Shown here: positions 24,568 to 36,000 of the stretch, piece by piece
Numbering within the stretch: position 1 is the stretch's first letter
How the letters are laid out: the number at the start of each line of letters is the position of its first letter
Assembly (NCBI GenBank): GCA_013115125.1
Contig: JABANN010000290.1
Span: 1 to 42,184, forward strand
Reading direction: 5' to 3'
Origin: Perkinsus olseni
Taxonomy: Eukaryota
Length of the DNA: 42,184 nucleotides
Made by a program: the position numbers and the translations under genes
Notes under the pieces: model-generated
Database searches by the model: none
Told to the model about the DNA's origin: nothing
What the model saw: only the letters and a program-made list of their open reading frames with translations

Positions 24568-26961
24568 ATGGACCGTACCAAAGTGAACGAACTCAAGGGC
24601 TTCATCGACACCATCAAGGCCCGTCCGGAGTTGCTTCAGTTCCCTGAGCTCGGATTTTTCAAGTATGCCGGGGTATCTTTTCTGCTTGCATCTTCCTAGG
24701 GTCAACCTCGGATACGGATCCAACATCGCCGTCTTTCGTCAGGTCTTATTTAGAGAGTCTCGGCGCCACCATTCCTGAAGTGGAGAAACCTTCCTCGGAG
24801 GAAACATCGTCTTCAGAGGACGAGAAGGTAGCACGATAGCTCCAGAGGGGAGGGGTTTGCTCCTTGACCTACTTCGTATCTTGCAGGGGTCAACCTAAGA
24901 TGTGTATTCGCTCAGATGCCTCGGACGCATGAGACTCACGGCGAAAACTCTCCCAAGCAAGCAGCCGAAGAGGAGGAGGAAGAAGAGGAAGAGGAGCCGA
25001 TTGTGGTAATTCCTTAGGAATCTTAGGTTGAAGCGTGCACATTACACATCATCAGGATCCCCCCAAGCCCGACGAGTCCATCTTCAACGACCCCTCCGAC
25101 CCCGAGCGCCTGGAGCCCGAGTCAGAGCCCGTCCTGTCGACCGGTCCCGCGGACAAGGTGAGGGGCTGCAGCGGCCGTCGGTTGCTTACAAGAGGAGTGC
25201 CTTTCAGGAGCTCAATGACGATGAGATGGAGGAGCAAGCTGGACTGAAACAGGAGGCGACGGAGGCGATGGAGGACGGGGATCTTCAGAAGGCCCTCGAG
25301 AAGTAACAAGGGCCTCGTCGAAATCTCGTCGGAAGAATGTGGAATGCTAGTAGTAGTATCACCCTCTCTCTAACCGACTTTATTGGGTCTTTCAGCGATA
25401 CTACGATGATAATAGCGGGGCGTGTGAGGATACTCTGATGGGGTGTCTCAGTCTTGGCAATAGAATCGTGATCGTATGAATCTTCTCTTTGTCCCGTGTT
25501 GCTGCTGCTCAAGTTTCGTTCTGTAAAGGTACACCGAGGCGATCAATATGGGCGGTGCGACGGCCCTCCTCTTCGCTCGAAGGGCGGCAGTGCTGTTGAA
25601 GTTGAAGAGACCCTTGGCTGCTATCAGTGATGCTGATGCCGCACTGTAAGATGAGAGAATCTTTGCTGTGCGCAAGGAGTATCTTTTATTCTTGACAGGA
25701 AATTGAATCCTGATAGCGGTAGAGCGTACAGGATTCGCGGTGTGGCGAACCGCAGGCTGCAGAGGTAGGCCCGGGGGCGTGCGCTGAAGGCACGTGGTCA
25801 TTTTTTCTGTTGTGAAAATCGGAATCTGGAATTGATTTTAACATGTAAAATACGGTGTCCCGAATCGATTTTGGGTTTGAGAATTGGTTTATTGAACGAA
25901 CCCATCATCGGTTACTTGCAGGTGGGAAGAAGCCCATTCGGATTTGGCGGCTGCCCAGAACATAGATTTTGATGATGCCACGGAGGAAGTTCACAGGTCG
26001 GTGCTGGTCGGCGGGGCTGTTCGCGGTGGGTGTGGACTTCAAGTCCGGCTTAGTTAGACTAGCACCGATAAATCCTTGGTCCAGGCAAATTCTATTGTGC
26101 TAGTTCATCGTGCCTTCTGTTCTGTTTCACACGGGTGTGGATGATTTTGAGAGTGTTCTTACAGGCGAGGAACGTGTGTGTGGCGATGAAAATCGAGCTA
26201 CCGCAGAGACATTTCCTTCATTTGAATGTCGTCAGGTTTGTGGACGAGAAGTGGACGAAGATAGCACAGCTGAGGAGAGACTACCAGAATGAAATTGAAG
26301 AGAAAGAGAGGTTGCGCAAGGAGAGGGAGATCAAGAAGCGCAGGTAACAAGCTGCCGACGGTTATGAGTTCTCTATGGTGAGGCTGCCTACAGGATGGCA
26401 GCCCAGAAGGCGTATGATGCTCAGAAGGCGGAGGAATCCTCGTCCAGCTCGGCATCAGCGGAGGGGATGCCGAGTGGAGGCATGCCTGGGGGAATGCCTG
26501 GTAAGAGGGAGAGACGCAGTCCTGAGGTCTTTGCGGTACTGAGCTAGAGGCTCCAAGGCCCGATCCAAGCTCGTGAGGGTTTGAATGAATATGGCGCTGT
26601 TCTTCACGGAGAGATAGTTCGGCAGCTATCGAGCTTCGCTCCGCCTTTTTTGCTGAACTTTTTTGTCAGGTGGCATGCCGGACATGAGCGACCCAGATTT
26701 GCAGGCTGCGTTTAGCAACCCGAAGGTCATGGCTGCCATGCAGGATATGATGCAGAACCCAGCCAACATGATGAAGTAGGGATTTATTCACAGCGGAGCG
26801 AAGCGATTTTTGTTTTATGTTTTTCGTTGCTCAGGTACATGAGCGACCCCGAGATTGGTCCTCTACTTCAAAAACTGATGTCTAAGGTCGGCGGAGCGAT
26901 GCCCGGCGGAATGCCCGGCGGTATGCCCGGCGGCTTCCCTGGCGCGCAACAGCCGCACTAA
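24568..26961 (+). CDS. ST13: Hsp70/Hsc70-interacting protein (HIP/ST13), multi-exon
   Basis: N-terminal dimerisation motif ELKGFIDTIKARPELLQFPELGFFK/SYLESLGATIP, acidic linker, TPRs (ALEKYTEAI...RAAVLLKLKRPLAAISDADAAL/KLNPDSGRAYRIRGVANRRL), charged coiled coil, GGMP repeats and STI1/DP domain (DPDLQAAFSNPKVMAAMQDMMQNPANMMKYMSDP). TAA at 26959-26961. Confidence 0.95.
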
Positions 26962-27076
26962 ACACACTCAAATTGACTCGCCATTTTTATATGTCATCCC
27001 GGAGCTTCGATTTGCCCAGTTTTGGCGTTATCGGTTGTAGCTGGCATTGTAGCATAAAATAGCTTTTATTAATAAC

Positions 27077-28831
27077 ATGGACGCACTACACCCCGAAGAA
27101 GCCAGAGTGAAGGAAGGAGAGTATCCTTCTAATGAACATCCACTTGAAACCGCTTGGACTTTCTGGTAAGCTCTGGCCTCCCCTCCCGCTCGAAGCTCGA
27201 TTCAAGCTTTTCTTAACATCGTGCTGTACTCGGTATAATCGCCACGTCTCTGCACGAAGGGCGCCGCCACCGGCTGTCATCACGCCAATTTCGCACAGCC
27301 CTTACTCGGAGGTTATCGATCATCATTTTCAGGTTTGACCGCAAATCAGGAGATCGTCGTGAATCGGATGCTTATGTGGAAGGCCTGAAGCAGGCTGGCA
27401 CCTTCAACACTGTCGAAGGATTCTATAGACATTATTCGTAATAAGCACGCATCGACCTAAGATGTGCAATTTCATCATCAGGCACTGCGTTCGCCCTAAC
27501 GAGCTGCCTCCTAATGTTAATGTTCATTTATTCCGAAAGTAGGGGAAAGTAATTTTATGCTACTTTCTTGACCGTAACCGCTTTTAGGGGATACAAACCG
27601 ATGTGGGAGGAGTTCCCTGACGGTGGCTGCTGGATTTTGAGGATCAAGAAGAAGAGTGCCAGGAACCATTTGGGACAGCTCTGGGAGGCTCTCGTCATGG
27701 CCTGCATCGGTAGGTCTCTTCACGTTGCCATAGAGTTACTGTAGTCGTTCGAGAAAAAAAGGTATCGTAATGATGATTTTGAGTAAAATAATTTTAGCAC
27801 ATTTCATGGTGATAAAAAAGAAAAAAAGTCGACATGTTTCGTCCGGACTGCATTCTATCAATCCATATTTCTCGTAAAATGGCGATCTGCGGGTTGTTGG
27901 GATCGATTCCTAAAAACTTCCTCACCGGTTATTCCAGTACCCTCGCTTCAACTCGCTAGTACTGGAGAGTTTTTTTCTCTCAGGTGAGCTTTTCGAAGTT
28001 CCTGATGTCGTCGGCTGTGTCCTCTCCACCCGCTATAAGGATGACATCATTTCCATCTGGAACTACTCCAACGCCACCAACCCTCAAGTCAGGTTCAGGT
28101 GAGGATTCTTTTCTTTCTGTCGATTCTCTGATGGTTGTATTCTTCAGGATCTGCGAGAAGTTCCGAGAAATCCTAGGCCTCAACCTTTCGACTGTGGTGC
28201 AGTACAAGGAGCATATGGGCTCGATGCAAGATGGCTCTACGTAAGTCCGGCTCAACGGCTTCGCTCCGCTCAACGCCGCGACCACAGTGTTACGGTCAAA
28301 GTCCTAGTAATCATTTTACGTGAGGAGGCCCTCCCTGTCCTTCGGAAACTCTTTTAGAGTAGATAATTTCCCCGACATCACGCTGCGGTCCCCTCTCAAG
28401 TATTTCTTCCCGAACAACTCAATAGACACATTCAAGCCCGCTGTATCATCGTAAAACTTAACAAGAGAAAACTTAGAAAATTGTGGAGCTTTTCTCTACA
28501 GAAAACCACTTCCCGTACTGTTCCCATTTCTCTGCCGACCCAGGTTGATGATTGTGATTTTTCTGCTCAGTTACCGCAACGCCCGCAGCTACACCTTCTC
28601 GGTCACTCCCAGCACAGAGCCGGCCGATGCTGCGGCTCTGGCTAGCGGTCTCTCGGTAGGGAAGGACTAACGGCCCGAGGATGCCGAGGATTGTTTGTCT
28701 TACCTCAGGACCAGATCCTGCCTCCTGCTGCCACTGGGGAGCACGCCGCCCCGCCTGCTGCTGCTGAGGAAGGTGAGACAGGTAGTGAGTGTTTCCTGGG
28801 GGTGTTTTCAGTATTACCGAGGTCATGCTAG
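27077..28831 (+). CDS. eIF4E: eIF4E family cap-binding protein (class II/4EHP-like features), multi-exon
   Basis: HPLETAWTF/WFD...FNTVEGFYRHYS/HCVRPNELP...HLFRK/GYKPMWEEFPDGGCWILRI...LWEALVMACIG/ELF...VVGCVLSTR...IISIWN...YKEH...DGST/YRNA. Stop TAG at 28829-28831. Confidence 0.92.
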
Positions 28832-30055
28832 AAAGAGACTTCTAATCTTTAAACTCAGGTTTTCTGTATTTCTCAGACCATATTCATTTTCAATTTTCGT
28901 GTTCTCATCATTTTGTTTTTCTTGTATAGAAGTAGTGTAGTCACAACAGTGCAGTGATCGCTAATTAGATTGTACGATCGCTCTTGATGGGAATCCTAGA
29001 TTCTGCGCAGTCCTCGAGTCAACCTCACACAATTGAAAACAGTACGGCATGCTTCGCTCTTCGCGTTGCCGTGGCATTTTCCTACTGGCTTCATTTCTTT
29101 TCAGCAACCAGCAAGAAGACCGAAGAAACCGAGAAAAAGTGAAGACACAGCGAAGCCGAAACTTTGACTGGCGTGTGCTGCTGCTGCTACTACCAGTCGC
29201 GGCCTTGCACACTATAGAGCGACGGCGGTCGTGGTTGTTGTTGCAGATGTCTGCATATTGCCGATGTTACATTTTCTATTCCAATACTAATAAAAGAAGA
29301 AGATTTATATCCTTTGAATAACGAGGGTTACTGCAAACGCGGCGACGGTTTAGGTGATGTTGCGGCGGAGTTATGGTATTCCTGAGGTTTCATAAGGAAT
29401 TCTGAACTCGTGTTCGTCAGTTTACAGAGGAACGGGAGTAGCACAGGTATTGAAAGGCAGTGAGTTCGAGCTACTCGGATAACACGTGTGATGTTGGGGA
29501 AGAGTGGTATTGATGACGTCTTTCCCTCACCGCGTTGGAAAGCGTAGACTACCGTGTTACTATATCCTAATATTATCGCATTTTAATATTATTACCACCG
29601 GAATGAGAATGCATCCCGGAATGTCGATGGCCTCCTCCCTGTAAGAGCAACACTCTTTGGCTTGATGAACAGGCTAAACTGACCCCCCCCCCACGGAAAG
29701 GTACATCGGTGCTAGTCTGACTAAGCCGTACTGTCGTAGGCGTTGGACTTTGAACTCACACACACGAGAATGAATTTTCGATAACCACGTTAGGTGAATT
29801 GGTCAGCTAACCGCTGGGTACCGCGATTGTTTTGGGAATCGCCTTGGGTGAGAAAAATGCGGTTAATACGTCAAGACTTGACGGTGACCTCTGCGGTGCC
29901 TTATCCAGTTAGTCCAATTGCTGCTACTGCGAAGAGCGGAGGTGAAACTATTATCAGAATGGAGTACAACGCAAAAAGCACGGGGAAGTAACACATCATT
30001 GCCACCAAAATTGTTTCAACAATCGTGGGCAGTGAACATGACTTAGCAAGCACGC

Positions 30056-33000
30056 TCACTCCATCCTGAGAACCAGGACAGGAAAAAGGAGCGCGACGAG
30101 GCAAAAGCCCACCTCATTCGTTTGTAGTGGTGGTGAAGAATCTGCGGTCGAAGCTTCTCAAGAAGGACTACGAACTGATCGATCGTGTCGTTGTTGAATC
30201 CTATCAACCTGAGGACGTCAATTTCTGCCATAAAATCGTGGACTGCAACGGGCGTCCACCTGAGACACTTCTGAATGTTCAGGAAAAAGCAATCCAGGTG
30301 GTAGTCGGTCATCGCAACGATCTCGTGGACCTCCTCGAGGCTCCTTCCTTTGTACTCACTCGGACCTCCAAAAATCTAAAGCGCGATGCTCAGGTAAACA
30401 GCCCAGTGCTGGCAACCTGGATCACTCCGATGAAGTAGTCCGTCTGTGCCTTCTTTATCGCCTGCAATTTAGCCTCGCCCTCAAAAAACATGTGAATTCG
30501 CTTATCGCGCTCCACACACTCGTACCTTCGACAAGCTAACCTCGGTGCCCGCGGTGGGCACCATCACCCTCGACGTGTCCTTACAGTTGATCCACGAATT
30601 TCTCCACGCCTTGGATCTTCCCGATTCTTCGGAATAATTCGTCAACGCCGTCCTCATTATTCCTTCGCTCCGCTGCATCCATGCGTACGCGAGAGCCTGA
30701 TTCCTCCAGATGAGAAGACCCACCGTTACGATGATGAAAACCCACCTGTTATTATCTCAGAGCGCACAGAGTTGAGTATCCGCAGCGAGTCGGGTATCAC
30801 CTACCAGTAAGAGCGCTCGAACTCGAGTTGATTTCCGTGATATCGGCTGGCCATGTTTCAAGCCACGATATTCAATGCCCCTACGTTAATTTCTTTCTCT
30901 TCATACAGTTATACAATACTTCGTTTTCACTTTCGTTTACTTGAATTTTTGGTCCTCAGTGACCGAGCGGATTTCGGAACAAATGCTAGGCCTCACGTCT
31001 TCATCTATCTCCTCGAGCTCCTCCGCGCTTTTAACGAAGCATTCAAGGACGGCATCGAAATGGTAATCGGAGATGTTCATGTCATAGTGGGTAGGTTTGA
31101 GGTTGTCTTGGTCGTATCTGGCGAGGCTCGTGGATCGGGTACGGAGCGAAAGCCGGGCTGGATTACTGTACAAGTCCGCCGAAGGCTCCTGAGAGGAACT
31201 GATAGAGTTTGGTAGTTATAGAACGTTCCTTGGCTTTGTTCTTATCGAAGTGGAATCTGAAACACATTCAGAGCCCGATTAGTTCAGCTGGATAGAATGT
31301 CTGCCTACGGAGCAGATGGTCGTAGGTTCGAATCCTGCATCGGGTATTTCACGTCATGTCTTACTTGATGCGGCTATCTTCCGTAAAGTACTGAAACATC
31401 CCCTCCGCCACCGCTTCCAGATTGCTATCACCCCCGATGCGTTCAAGTAAGTTGAGCCCATTACGGGGCTCTATCACTATCTCCGACTGCCGATCCAGCA
31501 CCGCATTGCGGACCTGAGGCGACGTGTATGGCCGCGGACTCCGACTCTCGGAAGGGCCTCTCACTGAGTCTAGCGTAATGATGACTTCATCCACCAGGCT
31601 GTCCTCATGGCCTTGGGAAAGCAGAGCCCTCGACATGTTCGACAAGAAGGCGTCAAAGTGATAGTCCGTGATCCCCAATGGTTCGTGAATATCTGCGATC
31701 GAAGAGGGTAGGCGGCCCTTTCAGCGCCACTCTCACCTGTGAGGTCTCGCCCTTCATACTCGGGAGGGCCACCGAACAGTTCTACGAAGAAACTGAACAG
31801 AACCACTAGGAAGGTAGAAGCGGTTGCTGCTTACACTATCGTTGCTTCCTTTATGAACTGAATACTGTCCGCGGGGAAGAAGTCTTTGATTCTGTTGTCT
31901 TTGGCGATGAGGTGGAAGAGGGAGTCCATCAGCCGGGTGATGCCTTCCCACTCGACTGCACAACACGAGCATGCGCGATAGCGTCGCAAGCAGACAGTGT
32001 CCTACAGAGCCGCTCGTAGAGCCCCTCGCCTTCTTCGCTCCGGGCAAGGTTTTGGCGAGCCATCTCGCGACGAACTGTGCATCCGGTTGTTATCTCTGGC
32101 CGCAGTTTCTGTAGTATCTACCAAGCGTTCCATAACGGTGGATGCGGCAGTGGGCTGCTCGTCTGAGTTTATTCTATCAGCCAAGCCTTGGGGTCACCGG
32201 AACGTCACAAAGACCAGAGGCGAGTCATGATGGTCAGTGTCATTGATAGTGCTAGACCGACGATAAAGTCGAACTGCTGACGACCTACCGAAAGGAGCTC
32301 GTCAAGATCTGCCGAACTGATATGGAGAGCTTCGCCGGCCTGTCTGATGAGACATATAACGGCGTCGAAGTGGAAGTCTGTGATGTTCATGGAATAGTGT
32401 GACGGTTTCAAGTCCGCTAGATCGTATCTGGATGGTCACCTCCCGTAGGGGCTTCGAGAGCTCTCGAGGAGGGCTACTGTTTCGATCCTCCGGTTACAGT
32501 TCCTATCAACTGAGTGATCTTTTTCTTGATGGTAGCTATCTTCGCCTTGTTCTTCTCGAAGAAGCTTCTTGTACCTGACCGTACACCCTCCTCCGGCGGC
32601 ACGGCAAGACACCACGGGGAGATATCACTCGGGGTGCCCTAGGGATGCAGAAAGCCGGCGATTCGGCCGTCTAACAAGGGGAGCAGCTCCCGGCTGCCTA
32701 CTGCTGGAATGAGGCGAGCGTCAGGGCTACAGGTAACGGCGTGGTGATTAGTGGGCGGGATGTTTGGAGTATATTCAGAGCCTGATTAGTTCAGCTGGAT
32801 AGAATGTCTGCCTACGGAGCAGATGGTCGTAGGTTCGAATCCTGCATCGGGTATTTTCGCACCCTACTAGCGACTTGGACTCGACAAAAACACCGCCCTT
32901 CGTACGTGAATCCTCCATCGCCTCAGCATAGAATATGTCCGATAGTTTAGCTATCGACATTTCGCCACCAAGTCGCTCATACAGAGGCTTCTTGTTCGCC

Positions 33001-36000
33001 ATCGCTTGAGCTCGTCTCACCTGAGCCACTGATACCCGCCGCCGCCGCCGGCCATTCACCGGCCGTTCAGGCTCCCTTACATCATGATCAGCCGGTTTGA
33101 CTATCTGGGAACGGCACGTCTCCATTAGTATAACGCAGGAGTCTATTGTCTCAGGGTCTTGGTCAGCCTCCTCTAGAACTGAACGGCACGAAGCAACGGA
33201 ACCATCGGTGATACGTCTAACGGATGTATAGATCTCGACTCGGGCATATCATATGGGATGAGTTTCGCGGTTTGTCCTTGAGGGGAACGACCCAGACAGA
33301 AACAAGAAGAAATTCGGAATTGCCGTATTTCGTTGCATACCAATATGTGTGAAGCTATTGATCTGAAATTTTCCTACTACTTGGCCGATTTGACATCCGT
33401 GGATGCATAAACTCTAAGAATCAGCCGGTAATGATGGCTCCCCTCGCTAAGCAAGGACTTCGTATTCACAGCCTCTATCGAGTGCGCGTTACAGCAAGTA
33501 GGGAGGGGGCAGTTATAAGAGCTGACATCCAGTCAACTTATTTAAGGATGACTTCTCCCTCCCAAAGCGTTGATCGTTCCTCACCCGTCTTCATCAGATT
33601 CACGAAGGCGTCCATATGGTAGTCATATATGTCGATCATCTGATGGATCCGTTTGAGGTCTCGTCCCTTGTACCTGGAAACACGAGGATGATATCTTCGC
33701 CAGCTCAGTGTCTGTCAGAGGAAGAAGCCTATCCCGGTGAGGACAATCTCCAATCTTTCTGTGTGGGAGCTCCCATTCCAACGCGCGCACCGGTTCGGTG
33801 AGACTCTCGCCGATGCGTTCAGTTAAAGGCTCTCGGGAGCGATTGATATGCAGTGCGGTTACGATGTGCTCAGGACTTTTCGGACGAAGCGCTGAGTTTT
33901 TAGGATTTCCCCGCACTGAGTCTGCAAAACAGCCTCCGTGTTTTCCCCAACGGACTCTCTAGGTGAGCTAACCTACTCCTCCGCTCCACCGAACAGGTGT
34001 GTTAGGAACTTAGTCTGAGCTCGGGCAATGGCGCCCAGCTTCGCTCCGCTCAAAAATGGAGATAGTCGTTCATCTTTGTCCACTTGCCTGAGTTAACAAC
34101 ATCGTGAAGGGCTCGGGCGAGACCGGTGTCTCACTCGTAAAGTCGTTCCACTGCCTTCGCGATACCCTGCTCTCCCCCGAGCTGTTTGAAGAGCCCCTCC
34201 GTGCCTTTCAAAAGACACGGCCGTGAGGGAACTCCAGCAACACGTCATGTAGCACAGAAAAAGGTAGCTGCGCACCCCCACCTCCAATCTCAGTCCGCCT
34301 CTTGGCGAGCTCTAACCGGACTGTGCAGCCGGCTGTGATGATCCCTCGGACATGAGACACACACGCCAGGAAGTCCACCTTTGCCTGAGGAAGTCGCGGC
34401 AGTGGTATGTAGGCATCCATCCACCTTCCCATGGACGAGAAGCCACGAGCGTCGCCATTTAGCACGACGATGGACAGGGATAATGCGATCAATTTCGAAG
34501 TAGCAATGAAAGACAGCGCTCTAGTACGCTCCTCGCAAGAAGACAGAGTGATCATTGATGCCTCCTGTCGACACACAAAGACCCTCACCGTCTTCTCAAT
34601 CTCCATCAGCTCGCAGGCTACCTTCATATTCTCCATCAGCGCGTCGAAGTGATAGTCAGTAATGTTGATACCTGTCAGTAGGCGCATCGCTCAGCTCACC
34701 ACAGACAAGGCAGACCTCGGTGCATCTCCTTCAGCGCTTTGACGTCAAAGTGGACCTCGGGGGCTCCTGTTATCATCGACAGGAAAGTACACATCCTCTC
34801 CTTTATCTGCTCAACCTACAACAGAACCGCTATGATCCGTCGGTACACAGCTGATTAAGATCGACAATCTCAAAGCACCAATCTCCTGGTTGAGGCGCTC
34901 TATGCCATTCCGGTGGAGGCAGTTACAACTACCTCTATTTCGATTGCTCCCATATCGGAATAGCAAGAAGCAGGAGTGTGGTCATTCTCTCAACGGAAGA
35001 GGCCTTTCCTGCCCACTCACTCGGTCCTTCGGCAGATCGAAGAAGAACTTGATGCGTGGATCCAGCAGGGCTCCGCTGTACATCGTCTCCACGACAGCCT
35101 CCAGGTTCATGTCTCCACCAATTCGCTCAAATATAGTCGCGCCTGAGTTCCCAACGGCTCCCACTAACCGGACTGTTAGAAAGGTCTCTCACCATCCACG
35201 AGTTTGAACTGGGACAGTTGGTCCCTCTTCCTGTTCAGGACATTCGGGCGAGCGAACTCGAGAGTGATCAGCACCTGCGATATCTCCGGTCGCGCTGAGG
35301 TGACGCCGTCACGCTGGACGCACCTCGGCGATGATATCCTCGTCTACCCCAAGTCCGTGGAGAGCCTTCTCCGCGTTCATCAGGAAACAGTCGAAGTAGA
35401 AGTCGTCCAGGCCTGAATAGGAGGGCGGTAGCGCTTTGAAGTCGTTATTCCGGGGCTTTCCAGGGAGGGCTTTTTCGAAATCATGTACTCGGATGAGGTC
35501 TCACAATGCTCGGCAAGCTACAGAGGATATACATAAGCAGCCCGTCTAGCTCAGTCGGTAGAGCGCAAGGCTCTTAACCTTGTGGTCGTGGGTTCGAGCC
35601 CCACGGTGGGTGCATTTCACGAAACACACTCAATTATCCTCGGATAATGTATGGTAGAGTAGAACAGCCTCCTAGAGAACCCTCCTCACCAAGCCCTCTA
35701 TGTATTTCCTCCAATTCTCGACCCTTGTACTCCTTCGGACCACCAAAACGCTCCGTCAAGTAGGCTCGGAGGGCGGTACGGATTCGGTGTAGGTCTCTGC
35801 CTGTTTACAATCAACGCAGTCGTACCAACTCACCGGGGGCACCTCCTCACCTTGAAAGAACTTCTTCAACCTCCGGTCGACTTTGCTCAAGTCGAAGAGC
35901 CTCTTAATAAAGTCTTCGAGCCCTTCGCCATAACCCACCTTAACGAACATCATGTCCGTACCTGAGCTCGAGGCGCGCGCTTCCGTAGGAGCGCGTGAGA

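Noticed and set aside
27768-27860. Possible intronic box C/D snoRNA (ATGATGA) in an eIF4E intron
   Set aside because: No properly placed CTGA D box or terminal stem found.
28242-28244. TAA as the eIF4E stop
   Set aside because: It overlaps a GTAAGT donor; splicing to 28571 restores the conserved STYRNA motif.
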